Below, piece by piece: positions 35,228 to 44,801 of a stretch of DNA of 64,000 nt. A model generated the notes under the pieces. The model saw nothing but the letters and a program-made list of their open reading frames with translations. It did no database searches and was not told the origin of the DNA. The DNA is from Candidatus Doudnabacteria bacterium. Its GTDB lineage: Bacteria > Patescibacteriota > Doudnabacteria > UBA920 > O2-02-FULL-48-8. Made by a program: the position numbers and the translations under genes. How positions within the stretch are numbered: the first letter of the stretch is position 1; each line of letters opens with the position of its first letter. The stretch is from NCBI GenBank assembly GCA_019659055.1, contig JAIFWV010000003.1, positions 14,706-78,705 on the forward strand, in the 5' to 3' direction.

Positions 35228-35290
35228 GGGGAATCGAACCCCTATTACACGGATGAGAACCGTGCGTCCTAGCCGTTAGACGATGAGGCC
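35216..35290 (-). tRNA. tRNA-Glu (anticodon CUC) with encoded CCA
   Basis: Minus strand reads GGCCTCATCGTCTAACGGCTAGGACGCACGGTTCTCATCCGTGTAATAGGGGTTCGATTCCCCTTGGGGCTGCCA. It has the D-loop and T-loop (GGTTCGATTCC), a 5-bp anticodon stem, and the loop TT-CTC-AT. Confidence 0.8.
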
Positions 35291-35430
35291 TAAATTACAA
35301 TGTATTATATCTTTTCGGCACCCAAAAATCAACAAAAACATTCAAGAATTGCGACAACATCCAATTGACCCTGAATCGTGCTTTGATAAAGTTAGCTTTG
35401 TTCTTTTCGACATGTTCCAAGGAGGAGCAA

Positions 35431-36729
35431 GTGGAGAAACTACAGATCAACCTCGCCCAGTTGCAAGCCCAGGCCAGCGAGCTACTCACCACGAAGTGCA
35501 TCTCGCCCCAGGGTTGGTTCTACGCCTCGGGCGACGACACCACCGGCCATGGCAGTTACAAATGCCTCTTCGGCCGGGATTCACTTCACATCTCGATGTT
35601 TGTCATGGACTACATCCGCATCACCGACGACAGAAGTCTCCTGCCAAACGTCCGGCGGACGCTGGAGAAGCTGGCCGACACACAGGGGCGGTCGTTCAAT
35701 CTCGAGACTGGCGAACGGCCGGGGTGGATTATCCACGAGATGCGGACCGAGCACCACGAGCACCTCACCCGCGATCTCGATCCCCAATGGCCGACGTACG
35801 ACGACGACGTGATGCGGATTTACCAGTCGGTCGATTCCACATACCTTTACCTCATTGCCATGTACAGGTATTGGCAATTGACCGGCGACGACGTCTTTCT
35901 CAAGGACATTCTCTACAGCGTGAGAGCGGCGGTACGGGCTATCCTCAAGTTCGGTGATACCAATCGCGACGGACTGCTGGATTACTTCGTCCCGCCCGAG
36001 CGCAAAAGCGGCGGTCTGGTAGTCTGGAGCTGGACCGACAGCGCGGAATCTATCGGCGACCAGATCGTGTATCCGGTGGCACCGATCGAGGTCCAAGGCT
36101 ACGGATTTCTGGCCGCAAGCCTCTGGGTCGAGTACTTCCGCGAGTCCGAACCCGAATTGGCACAAGGACTGGCGGCCATGGCCGCCCGTCTGCAAGACCT
36201 CACCTGGGATAAATTCCAAAGGGAGGATCATCTGGCGTCGATTCTCGATGGTTCCGGCCGCACAGATGAGGACGTCCGCTCGAGCATGGGCCACCTTCTG
36301 TGGGCATCGCTCAACGACGCTTGGGATCACAAGCCCGCTCAGGCAGTCGTTTCGCATCGTGGCGTGGAGAAAATCGTCAAAAGGCTCATGGCGCGAGATA
36401 TGTTTGATCCGGAAGGAGGCATCCGCACGCTCTCGGCTGATTCCCCGCGCTACGATCCGTCCAAGTATCACAACGGCAGTATCTGGACGCACGATACCGT
36501 CCTCAGCTACATCGGCCTGCGCAATCATGGATTCAAGGCCGACGCAAGCCTGGTCGCAAACGGCCTGCTCACCGCTCTTGATCACTTTGGTACGCCGGGC
36601 ATGGAGCTCTTCAGCCACCACCAAGGCAAGTACGCGGAGTTCCGGCACCCCATGGGACCCAACACCGGCAACAAGGTTCAGGGCTGGGCCCTGGCCGGTG
36701 TCATGGCCATGACAGCTTACGAACGCTAG
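35431..36729 (+). CDS. (alpha/alpha)6-barrel glycoside hydrolase, amylo-alpha-1,6-glucosidase/GDE-like catalytic domain
   Basis: GGAGGAG then GTG at about 35431. The motif FGRDSL and overall length and composition fit GDE_C/GH63-like enzymes. Overlapping ORFs in other frames and on the minus strand are GC-rich artefacts. Confidence 0.55.
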   Translation: MEKLQINLAQLQAQASELLTTKCISPQGWFYASGDDTTGHGSYKCLFGRDSLHISMFVMDYIRITDDRSLLPNVRRTLEKLADTQGRSFNLETGERPGWIIHEMRTEHHEHLTRDLDPQWPTYDDDVMRIYQSVDSTYLYLIAMYRYWQLTGDDVFLKDILYSVRAAVRAILKFGDTNRDGLLDYFVPPERKSGGLVVWSWTDSAESIGDQIVYPVAPIEVQGYGFLAASLWVEYFRESEPELAQGLAAMAARLQDLTWDKFQREDHLASILDGSGRTDEDVRSSMGHLLWASLNDAWDHKPAQAVVSHRGVEKIVKRLMARDMFDPEGGIRTLSADSPRYDPSKYHNGSIWTHDTVLSYIGLRNHGFKADASLVANGLLTALDHFGTPGMELFSHHQGKYAEFRHPMGPNTGNKVQGWALAGVMAMTAYER

Positions 36730-36822
36730 TTCCCCACCTTTGCTACATTTTGGCAGGACCCAAGTAGTCCTGCCTTTTTTTATCCAATTTACAAAATTGC
36801 TCTCGGAGGTTATTTTTAATTC

Positions 36823-37119
36823 ATGGAATACGAAACAATTTTACCCGGCGTGCCGGAACTAAACGAAGAGACAGACCCTGTGATCCAGCATCTTATAGAT
36901 ATACGATCCCGGGCTCTGGTTGATGGCGACATCGAGGCGATTGTCGAGGAACTCAAATGGTACCAAGGATTGCGCGATGCGGCGGAATCTATCTCCGATG
37001 AGGACCGGATCACCTGGAAGGAACTGCACCATAGATATCAGGATCTCAGCGACGACCAGATTACGGAACTCATCCATAAACTCGAGGAATCAGAAAACGG
37101 CGACTACATAAATCAATAG
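36823..37119 (+). CDS. Small acidic hypothetical protein (98 aa)
   Basis: Clean ORF with no recognisable family. Confidence 0.4.
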   Translation: MEYETILPGVPELNEETDPVIQHLIDIRSRALVDGDIEAIVEELKWYQGLRDAAESISDEDRITWKELHHRYQDLSDDQITELIHKLEESENGDYINQ

Positions 37120-37124
37120 ATCGG

Positions 37125-37952
37125 GTGTATAATGAGGGCATGTATATTGTTTTTGATATTGGCGGGACCACGACGCGATTTGCATCCTCAATCGATGGAA
37201 GTGCCATATCTGACACCAAAACCGAACCTACACCACAAAATCTAGACGACGCCATAACTTTGTACAAAAAAATGGTGAACGATCTTGCCAATGGCCAGAA
37301 GATCGATGGCATCGCCGGCGGCATCGCCGGGCCGTTTAACGCAGAAAAAACTATGCTTGTGAATGCTCCGCATTTGCCGCAATGGGTAAACAAACCCCTA
37401 GATCAGAAGTTCCAAACAATCGCTGACTGCCCTATCTTTCTAGAAAACGACACGGCAGTGGCGGGCTTAGGTGAAGCCGCACGAGGCGCCGGCCATGGAT
37501 ACAAAATTGTGGCCTACCTGGCCGTGGGCACTGGGATTGGCGGCTCAAGGATCGTTGCAGGTAGAATCGATGCCAACAGCATCGGATTTGAGCCTGGCCA
37601 CATGGTCGTGGCCAAAGACCAAACCCTCGAGCAGGAAATTTCTGGGACCACGATCATGCAGATTTATCACAAGAAAGCCTCGGAGCTCGAGGACCCGGCC
37701 TACTGGCACGAATTCGAGCAAGAATTGGCCGTAGGACTCAACAATATCACTGTCATGTGGTCGCCAGACATTATAGTCTTGGGCGGGGGTGTGATTCTCC
37801 AGGCCCAAGTGAACATCGATCGGGTGAGCCTGTTGCTCTACAAAGTTTTGAAAATCTACCCCAAGCTTCCGCGCGTGGTGAAAGCCACTTTGGGCGACCA
37901 TTCCGGCATCGAAGGGTCACTGGTGTATCTGAAGCAGAAACTGGGAAGCTAG
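37125..37952 (+). CDS. ROK-family sugar kinase
   Basis: N-terminal YIVFDIGGTTTRFA (ATPase phosphate-1 motif) plus LAVGTGIGG. Confidence 0.65.
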   Translation: MYNEGMYIVFDIGGTTTRFASSIDGSAISDTKTEPTPQNLDDAITLYKKMVNDLANGQKIDGIAGGIAGPFNAEKTMLVNAPHLPQWVNKPLDQKFQTIADCPIFLENDTAVAGLGEAARGAGHGYKIVAYLAVGTGIGGSRIVAGRIDANSIGFEPGHMVVAKDQTLEQEISGTTIMQIYHKKASELEDPAYWHEFEQELAVGLNNITVMWSPDIIVLGGGVILQAQVNIDRVSLLLYKVLKIYPKLPRVVKATLGDHSGIEGSLVYLKQKLGS

Positions 37953-37972
37953 GAAGCGGGAGTTAAGGTTTT

Positions 37973-38036
37973 CCATCTCGACCGCAGGGAGAGATCCCTC
38001 TTTAAAAGCGATTTCTCGCTCGACTCGAAATGGACC
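37973..38036. repeat. Intergenic repeat family A, inverted copy
   Basis: Reverse complement of the 63316-63378 element, about 90 % identical, and includes the AGCGA-GAAA-TCGCT hairpin. Confidence 0.65.
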
Positions 38037-38108
38037 AACGGATTACAAAAAGACCCTGGATATTCCAGGGTCTTTACTAGATTCCAAATTCTAGATTCTA
38101 GATTCTAT

Positions 38109-38750
38109 TTATCTGAAGAGGTGGATTACTTTGGCAATCAAATCCGTACCCATAGTTTTGAATTTGATCCATCCGGAATCCCCGACATTGATATCAGCAA
38201 GAGTTTTGGTCTCGCCATCAATCTTCACAGTCGTATCGGTATTAGTGGTGATCGTTTTGCTGGTGTTGGTGAGAGTGTTTGTAATAGTGATCGAATTACC
38301 GGTCTTGGCAGTCACCTTACCCATAACCATGCTTTTCTTGGCTTCTTCTTTCTTGTTCTCAGAAGAATTTACCAGTCTCACGTTGGATGCCAAAAGATCG
38401 GTACCGGAAACATTACCGAAGACCACAACGTTTTGTCCTACGGCAACCGGGGTTGAAATCTTGGTGTTGGCGTCAGTCTTTATAGTTACCAAACTGTTGG
38501 TAATGTTCGCAACGTGAGCCAATGCGGTGGCTTTGACTGTGAAGGTATTGGTACCCACAGTAGTCACCGAACCCACAACCACAAACTGCGTATCAAGAAT
38601 ATTGTCTCCCAGATTCTTGAAGATTCCAAGCTTGCGGCCTTTTTCCATGTTGGCATGTTCGCTTGCTTTTTGTTTTTCATTCCCATGTGCAAAAACGGGA
38701 AGTGCAACCATGCTCAGGCCCAATGCAACTGCGATTATCTGCTTTTTCAT
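38109..38750 (-). CDS. Secreted protein with a Thr/Asn-rich repetitive region
   Basis: Signal peptide MKKQIIAVALGLSMVALPVFA. Repeated segments TNTLTNTSKTITTNTDTTVKIDG. Confidence 0.5.
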   Translation of the reverse strand: MKKQIIAVALGLSMVALPVFAHGNEKQKASEHANMEKGRKLGIFKNLGDNILDTQFVVVGSVTTVGTNTFTVKATALAHVANITNSLVTIKTDANTKISTPVAVGQNVVVFGNVSGTDLLASNVRLVNSSENKKEEAKKSMVMGKVTAKTGNSITITNTLTNTSKTITTNTDTTVKIDGETKTLADINVGDSGWIKFKTMGTDLIAKVIHLFR

Positions 38751-38782
38751 AAATAAAGTACCTTTCTCTCCTATTGCAGTAT

Positions 38783-39178
38783 TTATCGAGATAAAAGGTA
38801 TTTTGTTACTTTCTCGTGTTTGCCTCGGGATTTGCCTTTGTTTTCCAATTTTTCAAGGTCTTTTTCGAGTTTCGGTGGAACCATAAATAAATCCTGAGGC
38901 TCGGGAGCCTGAGTATCCGCATCATCATCGGCTTGCTGCGGCGCTGGGGGTTCAGGTTTGGGCTGTTCAGTTTTTGGCACAACTGGAGCCGGGGTCGGAA
39001 CCTGAGATTTTTTGGGAACGATTTTTTTCTTAAAAATTTTTGCCGCAGACGCAGTCTTTACCACAGTTGCTTGCGTGTCCGGCTTTGGGACCTGGTCGGG
39101 TTTCCCACGCTCAGCAATTCCGATCGTGATCAGACCAAAGATGCCATATATAAGCAGATAAAATTTGAAGCCTTTCAT
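38783..39178 (-). CDS. Membrane-anchored Pro/Lys-rich protein (131 aa)
   Basis: N-terminal TM helix followed by a low-complexity region PKPxxPxP. Confidence 0.4.
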   Translation of the reverse strand: MKGFKFYLLIYGIFGLITIGIAERGKPDQVPKPDTQATVVKTASAAKIFKKKIVPKKSQVPTPAPVVPKTEQPKPEPPAPQQADDDADTQAPEPQDLFMVPPKLEKDLEKLENKGKSRGKHEKVTKYLLSR

Positions 39179-39201
39179 GCTTCAAATTTACCGCATGGGT
39201 T

Positions 39202-40476
39202 TTACTTAAGCCATTGTGAGCTCTGCCGAACCAATAGCGTTTTGGCTTTTTGGGGTTCAAGCATTATCTCTTTCACGATTTTTTCCATGCGGGCCGATTG
39301 CGAGCCTTTCACCAGTATAACATCGCCGCTCTGGAGCTCTTGGCTAATCTCTGGTGCCGCTACCATTGAATCCGCAAACCAAACGACCTTGCCTGTAAAT
39401 TTTCGCAGAAGTAATTCATCCTGAATAATCTTGGTTTTTTCTCCGACCAAGAACAAAATGTCTATCCCACTCTCAGCAATCTTTTGGGCGACCTGGCGAT
39501 GCCCAGCTTCGGTCTGGTTGCCGAGCTCAGCCATGTGGCCCAAGGCGGCCAGTTTTCGAGTCACACCAAGAGTTTCCAGGACCTCGAGGGCGGCAATCAT
39601 GGAACTTGGCGCGGCGTTGTAGGTATCGTCTATGATCGTGGTCTGGTGTTTGCCTTGAATCAGTTTCAATCGGCCGGCCGGCCCCACAAATTTTTCTAAG
39701 ACCTGAGCAATCTCTACCAAATGCAATCCCATGGATAATCCCACTGCGGCGGCGGCGAGGCTCGCATACGCGGCTGGCCGGCCTACGGCGTTGGGCAAAA
39801 AGAAAGGCAGGCGCGTCCCCTTGTAGCTGACCTTAAAACTTATTCCGAATACCCCATTCTTGTTTGTAATCTGAAAATCTTTGGCCGAGACATCGGCGCT
39901 TTCGCTGAACCCATAACTTATGCTTTGAGATTTGGCTTTACCTTCCATAACTTTTTCGTTGTCGGCATTGAGCACGGCCGTGCCAGAATTTTTGAGCCCC
40001 GAAAGTATGGACAATTTCTCCCGCTTGAGGGCTTCTGGCGAACGAAAAAATTCCAAGTGGCTAATCCCAATGTCGGTGATCAACGCAACATCCAAGTTCC
40101 CGACAATGCTCAAAAGCTCAGAAATATCTCCGGGTCGGTCGGTCCCCATCTCGAGCACCAGCACTTGAGGAAAATTGGTCTGAAAAATCCGGAAAAACCC
40201 TGTGATCAAAATCCCTACCCATTCGAAAGCTGTAGCCAGATTGCGTTCATAGTTACCCGATTTTTCAAATCCAAGCACAGCCAAAGGCAGACCGAGCTGG
40301 CTATTGAGGTTACCAGGGCTTGATCGGACTTTGTATTTGGTCCGCAGGACGTGGGCTATGGCTTCTTTGGTCGAAGATTTGCCGACCGAGCCCGTAATAC
40401 CGATGATCAGGGGTTTATGAAAGACCAGGCAGAGCCTGGCAAATGCTGCCAAAATTTCTTCAAGGATTTTCCGCAT
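39202..40476 (-). CDS. murF: UDP-N-acetylmuramoyl-tripeptide--D-alanyl-D-alanine ligase
   Basis: Mur-ligase P-loop GITGSVGKSST. The C-terminal motif DDTYNAAP matches the MurF signature (YNANP) rather than the AHNP of MurC, MurD and MurE. Confidence 0.7.
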   Translation of the reverse strand: MRKILEEILAAFARLCLVFHKPLIIGITGSVGKSSTKEAIAHVLRTKYKVRSSPGNLNSQLGLPLAVLGFEKSGNYERNLATAFEWVGILITGFFRIFQTNFPQVLVLEMGTDRPGDISELLSIVGNLDVALITDIGISHLEFFRSPEALKREKLSILSGLKNSGTAVLNADNEKVMEGKAKSQSISYGFSESADVSAKDFQITNKNGVFGISFKVSYKGTRLPFFLPNAVGRPAAYASLAAAAVGLSMGLHLVEIAQVLEKFVGPAGRLKLIQGKHQTTIIDDTYNAAPSSMIAALEVLETLGVTRKLAALGHMAELGNQTEAGHRQVAQKIAESGIDILFLVGEKTKIIQDELLLRKFTGKVVWFADSMVAAPEISQELQSGDVILVKGSQSARMEKIVKEIMLEPQKAKTLLVRQSSQWLK

Positions 40477-40479
40477 AAT

Positions 40480-42201
40480 TTATCTAGTAGGAGGTATTTG
40501 CAGGTAGTTTAGTATAAAGCTTGCGATTTCGCCAAAGGCGGGTGCCGCCGAGCTTTCGGCAAAGGCCACGTCTTTGGGTTCATTGATACGGACAAGCATG
40601 AGAAATGATGGATCATCCATAGGCCCAAAGCCGATAAAAGTCCCGATGTTTTTGTTGGGATCATAGCCTGATCTGTCTTTGTAGGCCACTTGCGCGGTAC
40701 CGGTCTTGCCCCCGATAAAATATCCCGGGACCGCGGCTTTTTTACCGTGGCCGTTTTCCACCACATCCACAAGCATAGCAGAAAGCGTACTGGCCGCCTT
40801 CACGTCCAAGATGTGTCCGAGCTCCGCTTTGGACTTCTGTTCAGTACTGCCGTCGGGGTGGACAATTTTGTCCACGACGTATGGCCGGACCATCACGCCG
40901 CCATTGGCAATTGCGGTGTAGGCCTGAATCATCTGGATTGGGGTGACGGTCATACCTTGGCCAAACGACATGTTGGCCAGGAAAATATCGCCTTTTTTAT
41001 CCAGCTGGCCAAGATCACCATTGCCTTCGCCCGGAAGTTCCACGCCGGTGGGTTTGCCAAAGCCAAACTTGTGCACATACTGGCGGAATTTATCGCGGCC
41101 GATAAGCTGTTGGACATACACCGCTCCGGTATTAAGCGATTCATCCAAGACCTGAGTCATGGTCTGCACGCCGCGCGGAGTTGGGTCCGAGTTTTTAATC
41201 ACGCGGTCATCTACTTGGATTGATCCGGTATCAACATAAGTTGATTGCGGCCCGACCGCGTTCTCATTTAGCCCCGCGGCCATGGTGATAGCTTTAAATA
41301 TCGAACCGGGCTCGTAGTCGGAATAAATGGCGTTGTTGTTATAATAAGCCACATTTGCGGCTTTGCCGTAATTGTTCGGATCAAAGTCCGGGTAATTGGC
41401 CATAGCCAGGATCGCGCCTGTGTTGGGATCCACGACTATGACACTGCCCGAATCGGCGCCGTGTTTTTTGACTGTTGCTTCCAAAACTTGCTGGGATTTA
41501 AACTGGATCGCCGGATCCAAGGTTAGATAAACATCACTACCATCCAATGGGCCTTGGGCAGTCCCAGTCTCGCTTGCGATTCCGGCCCGGCCGGCCAATT
41601 GCTTTTCAAACTCACGCTCGATTCCATAACGGCCTTCTTTGGTATCATTTTTGTCGGTGAACCCCACAAATCCCAAAACTTGGCTGGCGAGATTATTCTG
41701 CGGATAAAATCTCACGTCTTCTGAATCAAAGTGGATACCTGTGAGGCCAAGGTCTTTGATTTTTTGCTCATCCTCATCTGAAAGCTGGCGCTTGAGCGGC
41801 ACATAATTCTGACTGCCGCCCGTAATCTTATCCAGAATTTCACTTTTGGTCATTCCTAAAATTGGAGCGAGCTTGCCGGCCGCAAAAGCTTTGTCCGACT
41901 CACTCATTTGCTTGCCCGAAGCATAGACTAGAGGTTTGGCAACATTGGTCGCGACCAAAACTTTTTGGGATTTTTTTTCGTTGGTCAGATAAATTTCACC
42001 GCGCTTGGCAGGTATAAGGGTAAATTCACCATGCTGGCTGGCCGCAAGGGCTAGATATGTCTCGTGGTCAACGATTTGGAGATTATAGAGCTTTGCCGCG
42101 ACTGCTGCGATAAATAACGTAATCAATCCCAATACAAAAAAAATTCTTATGCTATAAGAATAAGTCGAAACAATAGAATTGGTCTTCTGGTTTGGCCTCA
42201 T
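40480..42201 (-). CDS. ftsI: Penicillin-binding protein (FtsI/PBP2-type transpeptidase)
   Basis: N-terminal TM helix, SxxK motif (GSIFKAIT), KTGT motif (GGKTGTAQ), and dcw-cluster context. Confidence 0.85.
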   Translation of the reverse strand: MRPNQKTNSIVSTYSYSIRIFFVLGLITLFIAAVAAKLYNLQIVDHETYLALAASQHGEFTLIPAKRGEIYLTNEKKSQKVLVATNVAKPLVYASGKQMSESDKAFAAGKLAPILGMTKSEILDKITGGSQNYVPLKRQLSDEDEQKIKDLGLTGIHFDSEDVRFYPQNNLASQVLGFVGFTDKNDTKEGRYGIEREFEKQLAGRAGIASETGTAQGPLDGSDVYLTLDPAIQFKSQQVLEATVKKHGADSGSVIVVDPNTGAILAMANYPDFDPNNYGKAANVAYYNNNAIYSDYEPGSIFKAITMAAGLNENAVGPQSTYVDTGSIQVDDRVIKNSDPTPRGVQTMTQVLDESLNTGAVYVQQLIGRDKFRQYVHKFGFGKPTGVELPGEGNGDLGQLDKKGDIFLANMSFGQGMTVTPIQMIQAYTAIANGGVMVRPYVVDKIVHPDGSTEQKSKAELGHILDVKAASTLSAMLVDVVENGHGKKAAVPGYFIGGKTGTAQVAYKDRSGYDPNKNIGTFIGFGPMDDPSFLMLVRINEPKDVAFAESSAAPAFGEIASFILNYLQIPPTR

Positions 42202-42216
42202 TGCGGAATCCCCATG

Positions 42217-42540
42217 CTATTTTAGGGCAAAATTATCATCTTTGATATAGCTAACACTGGTCGATGGGACAAAGTTGAGCTGGGCGGTTTTTTGCTGGAT
42301 AGTCGAGACTGCTTGTAGAGTCGAATTCTCAAGTTCCAATTTCTTGTGTTGAGCCTCGAGATCGGAAAGCTCCACTGAAAGTTTCTTGATTTGAAATCCG
42401 GTGGTCGCCATGGCGTTTGCGGAAAAAATATAAACTAAGGCCAACATCAGAGTCAGACTCAGCAATCCGAGATTGACCTGCAAGTTGGTGGAATTATGAT
42501 GAGTTTTTGGTTGGGTGTTTTGGTGCGATAAATCTCGCAT
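42217..42540 (-). CDS. ftsL: Cell division protein FtsL-like (TM helix plus coiled coil)
   Basis: 107 aa bitopic protein positioned between rsmH and ftsI. Confidence 0.5.
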   Translation of the reverse strand: MRDLSHQNTQPKTHHNSTNLQVNLGLLSLTLMLALVYIFSANAMATTGFQIKKLSVELSDLEAQHKKLELENSTLQAVSTIQQKTAQLNFVPSTSVSYIKDDNFALK

Positions 42541-42635
42541 TTGCCGCCTACTATCGTGAATCGCGAAGCTTGGAACGTGAATCGCGAGTCGAATTTAATT
42601 TTGGCTATTTTGCTTCAGGCTTCACGCTACACGTT

Positions 42636-43568
42636 TCACGCCTTTTTTAATGCCCTTAGTTTTGCTGGTTTACTGCGGGGGTTGTTCTCGATCTCACCAA
42701 CAGTTGCCGTGACAGGTTTCCTGGTCAGGATTTTGGCCTGGGGGTTTTTGCCGCAGACGCATTGCGGGAAATCTGGCGGGCATATACATCCGCGCGCCAT
42801 GTTTACGAAAAATTCTTTAACGATGCGATCCTCTAGAGAATGAAAAGAAATAATTACCATGCGTCCGCCCGGTTCCAAAATTTCAAAAATATTAGGAAGC
42901 GCGATTTTCAAACTATTGAGCTCGTCGTTGACTTCAATCCTTATAGCCTGGAAGATCCTTCTGGCGTAGTCGGCAACTTTGTATTTCACAGGCTTCGGAA
43001 GTGCCAATTCAATCACAGCCAGTAATTCTCTCGTGTCCGTAATTTCCTGCTTCTTCCGGCAGATTATAATTTCTTCCGCAATTTTTGCCGCTAAGCGCTC
43101 TTCCCCATAATCTTTAAATATCCGTACTAGATCCGGCTTGTGGTAGGTGTTAACCACGACCCTGGCAGTCAATTTCTGATGCGGGTCAAAACGCATATCC
43201 AACGGGCCATTGGTCTGAAACGACAAGCCGCGCCCGGGATCGTCGAGCTGGGATGAGGAAAATCCGAGATCGAGCAAGACGCCTGCGGCTGGGACAAAAC
43301 TTTTTTCTTGGGCTATCCGCTTGATATCACGAAAATTTGCTTGAACCAATTCTGATCGTTGGCTCAAATTTCCTTGGGCAAGCTGCATAGAAAGCTTGTC
43401 CAGAGAAACTTGGTCCAAATCGATACCCAAAATTTTGGCACTTGGGTTTATCCTCAATATTTCTTTAATGTATCCGCCATCACCGGCCGTGCCGTCGATA
43501 AAACGGTCACCGGTTTCAGGCTTGAGATACTTTACGACCTCATCTAGAAGTACAGGGACATGATGCAT
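42636..43568 (-). CDS. rsmH: 16S rRNA (cytosine1402-N4)-methyltransferase
   Basis: MHHVPVLLDEV...DGTAGDGGY with a RsmH/MraW-like C-terminal region. Confidence 0.9.
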   Translation of the reverse strand: MHHVPVLLDEVVKYLKPETGDRFIDGTAGDGGYIKEILRINPSAKILGIDLDQVSLDKLSMQLAQGNLSQRSELVQANFRDIKRIAQEKSFVPAAGVLLDLGFSSSQLDDPGRGLSFQTNGPLDMRFDPHQKLTARVVVNTYHKPDLVRIFKDYGEERLAAKIAEEIIICRKKQEITDTRELLAVIELALPKPVKYKVADYARRIFQAIRIEVNDELNSLKIALPNIFEILEPGGRMVIISFHSLEDRIVKEFFVNMARGCICPPDFPQCVCGKNPQAKILTRKPVTATVGEIENNPRSKPAKLRALKKA

Positions 43569-43639
43569 AAATTACTAATTACTAATTTCTAATTGATCTA
43601 AAGCATTAGAAATTAGATCAATTAGGTTAATTAGAAATT

Positions 43640-44071
43640 TCAAACTCCTAGTTCTCCTAAGGCTTCGGCAATACTCGAACTCTCCTGCTCGGTGTTGGCT
43701 TTGTATTCGTTCCAGGCTTCCTCGTTCCAAATCTCAAGACGGTCATAAAGCCCGGCGACCACGACTTTCTTGGTGATACCGGCAAATTTCCGCAAATACT
43801 CAGGGACCATCATCCGGCCTTGCTTGTCGATTTCGATATCCCAGGCTCCGGCCAGCATCAATCGGGCAAAGGCACGAGAATTGGCTTGTGAGATGGGCAG
43901 ACGGGAAAGCTTACCGGCGATCTCATCCCATTGCTTCTTGGGATAGAGAAACAAACTGTTGTCCAAACCGCGCGTCAGCACAGCTCCCGAGCCCAAAGAT
44001 GCTCGAAATTTTGCCGGGACGGCCATTCGGCCCTTATTATCCATGCTGAGGCTGTATTCACCTATAAACAT
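43640..44071 (-). CDS. mraZ: Transcriptional regulator MraZ
   Basis: MFIGEYSLSMDNKGRMAVPAKFR with a duplicated DxxxR motif. Confidence 0.9.
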   Translation of the reverse strand: MFIGEYSLSMDNKGRMAVPAKFRASLGSGAVLTRGLDNSLFLYPKKQWDEIAGKLSRLPISQANSRAFARLMLAGAWDIEIDKQGRMMVPEYLRKFAGITKKVVVAGLYDRLEIWNEEAWNEYKANTEQESSSIAEALGELGV

Positions 44072-44231
44072 TTACTTTTTTTCTTTATATCCTTGCCAAT
44101 TCCTAGCAATTATCTTGTAATGCGATAATTCTCCACTTCTCCCCACTCTTATCCACATCACTCCATTTACACTTAATAGTAACCCACTATTAACCATCAG
44201 TCAAAGGGGTAAGAATCTAGCATTTCCAAAC

Positions 44232-44257
44232 AAAAAAAGGGCTTAGTTAAGCCCTTA
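44232..44257 (-). terminator. Intrinsic terminator upstream of the mraZ promoter region
   Basis: Stem AAGGGCTTA/TAAGCCCTT with U7 on the minus-strand RNA. Confidence 0.6.
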
Positions 44258-44321
44258 TTAGAACAAATTGCACAATATTTATCAACCTGGGTGAAACATT
44301 CCCCACACTGAGGTTGTCCAC

Positions 44322-44347
44322 TAAAAAACTGCCCCAAATCGAGGCAG
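44322..44347 (-). terminator. Intrinsic terminator after the 41-aa acidic ORF
   Basis: Stem CTGCC/GGCAG with U6 on the minus-strand RNA. Confidence 0.55.
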
Positions 44348-44354
44348 TCTCTTA

Positions 44355-44480
44355 TTACATTCCAGTGTCTTCGGTGGCGGCAGTCTCTTCTTCCGGCTTT
44401 TCGGTTTCTTCACCGGCAGCAGGAACAGTGGCATCACCAGTTGTATCATCGTCAACCTGGTTTAGAATTTCGTCTGACAT
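44355..44480 (-). CDS. Small acidic peptide (41 aa; MSDEILNQVDDDTTGDATVPAAGEETEKPEEETAATEDTGM)
   Basis: GAAGGA lies 9 nt before the ATG at 44480. It is below the ORF-track size cut-off and followed by its own terminator. Confidence 0.3.
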   Translation of the reverse strand: MSDEILNQVDDDTTGDATVPAAGEETEKPEEETAATEDTGM

Positions 44481-44555
44481 TGTATAATTCCTTCGATCAA
44501 ACTTGTGGCCTGATCATTAATTGTAAAGTAATTTTATACGATTGAACCCGCTTCG

Positions 44556-44792
44556 TCAACCCCTGGTCAAGAGAAATTTAACCAAATTTACCGCCGAGTC
44601 CCAGATGTTTTTTAGTATAGGTTGTGAAGCAGGGAGTAAGATGATCAAAAGTATGAGCCAAATGAAATTATGCTTGAGGACTTTGTATATAGAATAGACA
44701 ATCAACACCGCCAGCACCAAAGACACGATACCATGGATGCTTCCCGGAAAAAAACTTAGGAATTGCTTATAAATAGAGATAATCTGGTCCAT
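44556..44792 (-). CDS. Small membrane protein (78 aa)
   Basis: Two TM helices. Confidence 0.35.
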   Translation of the reverse strand: MDQIISIYKQFLSFFPGSIHGIVSLVLAVLIVYSIYKVLKHNFIWLILLIILLPASQPILKNIWDSAVNLVKFLLTRG

Positions 44793-44801
44793 ATGTTGGA
44801 A

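Noticed and set aside
35283-36648. Long overlapping ORFs (35283..35957 plus strand, 35581..36648 minus strand) within the GDE-like gene
   Set aside because: They sit in GC-rich sequence where stop codons are rare. They have no RBS and a biased Arg/Pro/Ala-rich composition. The frame with glycosidase motifs is the real one.
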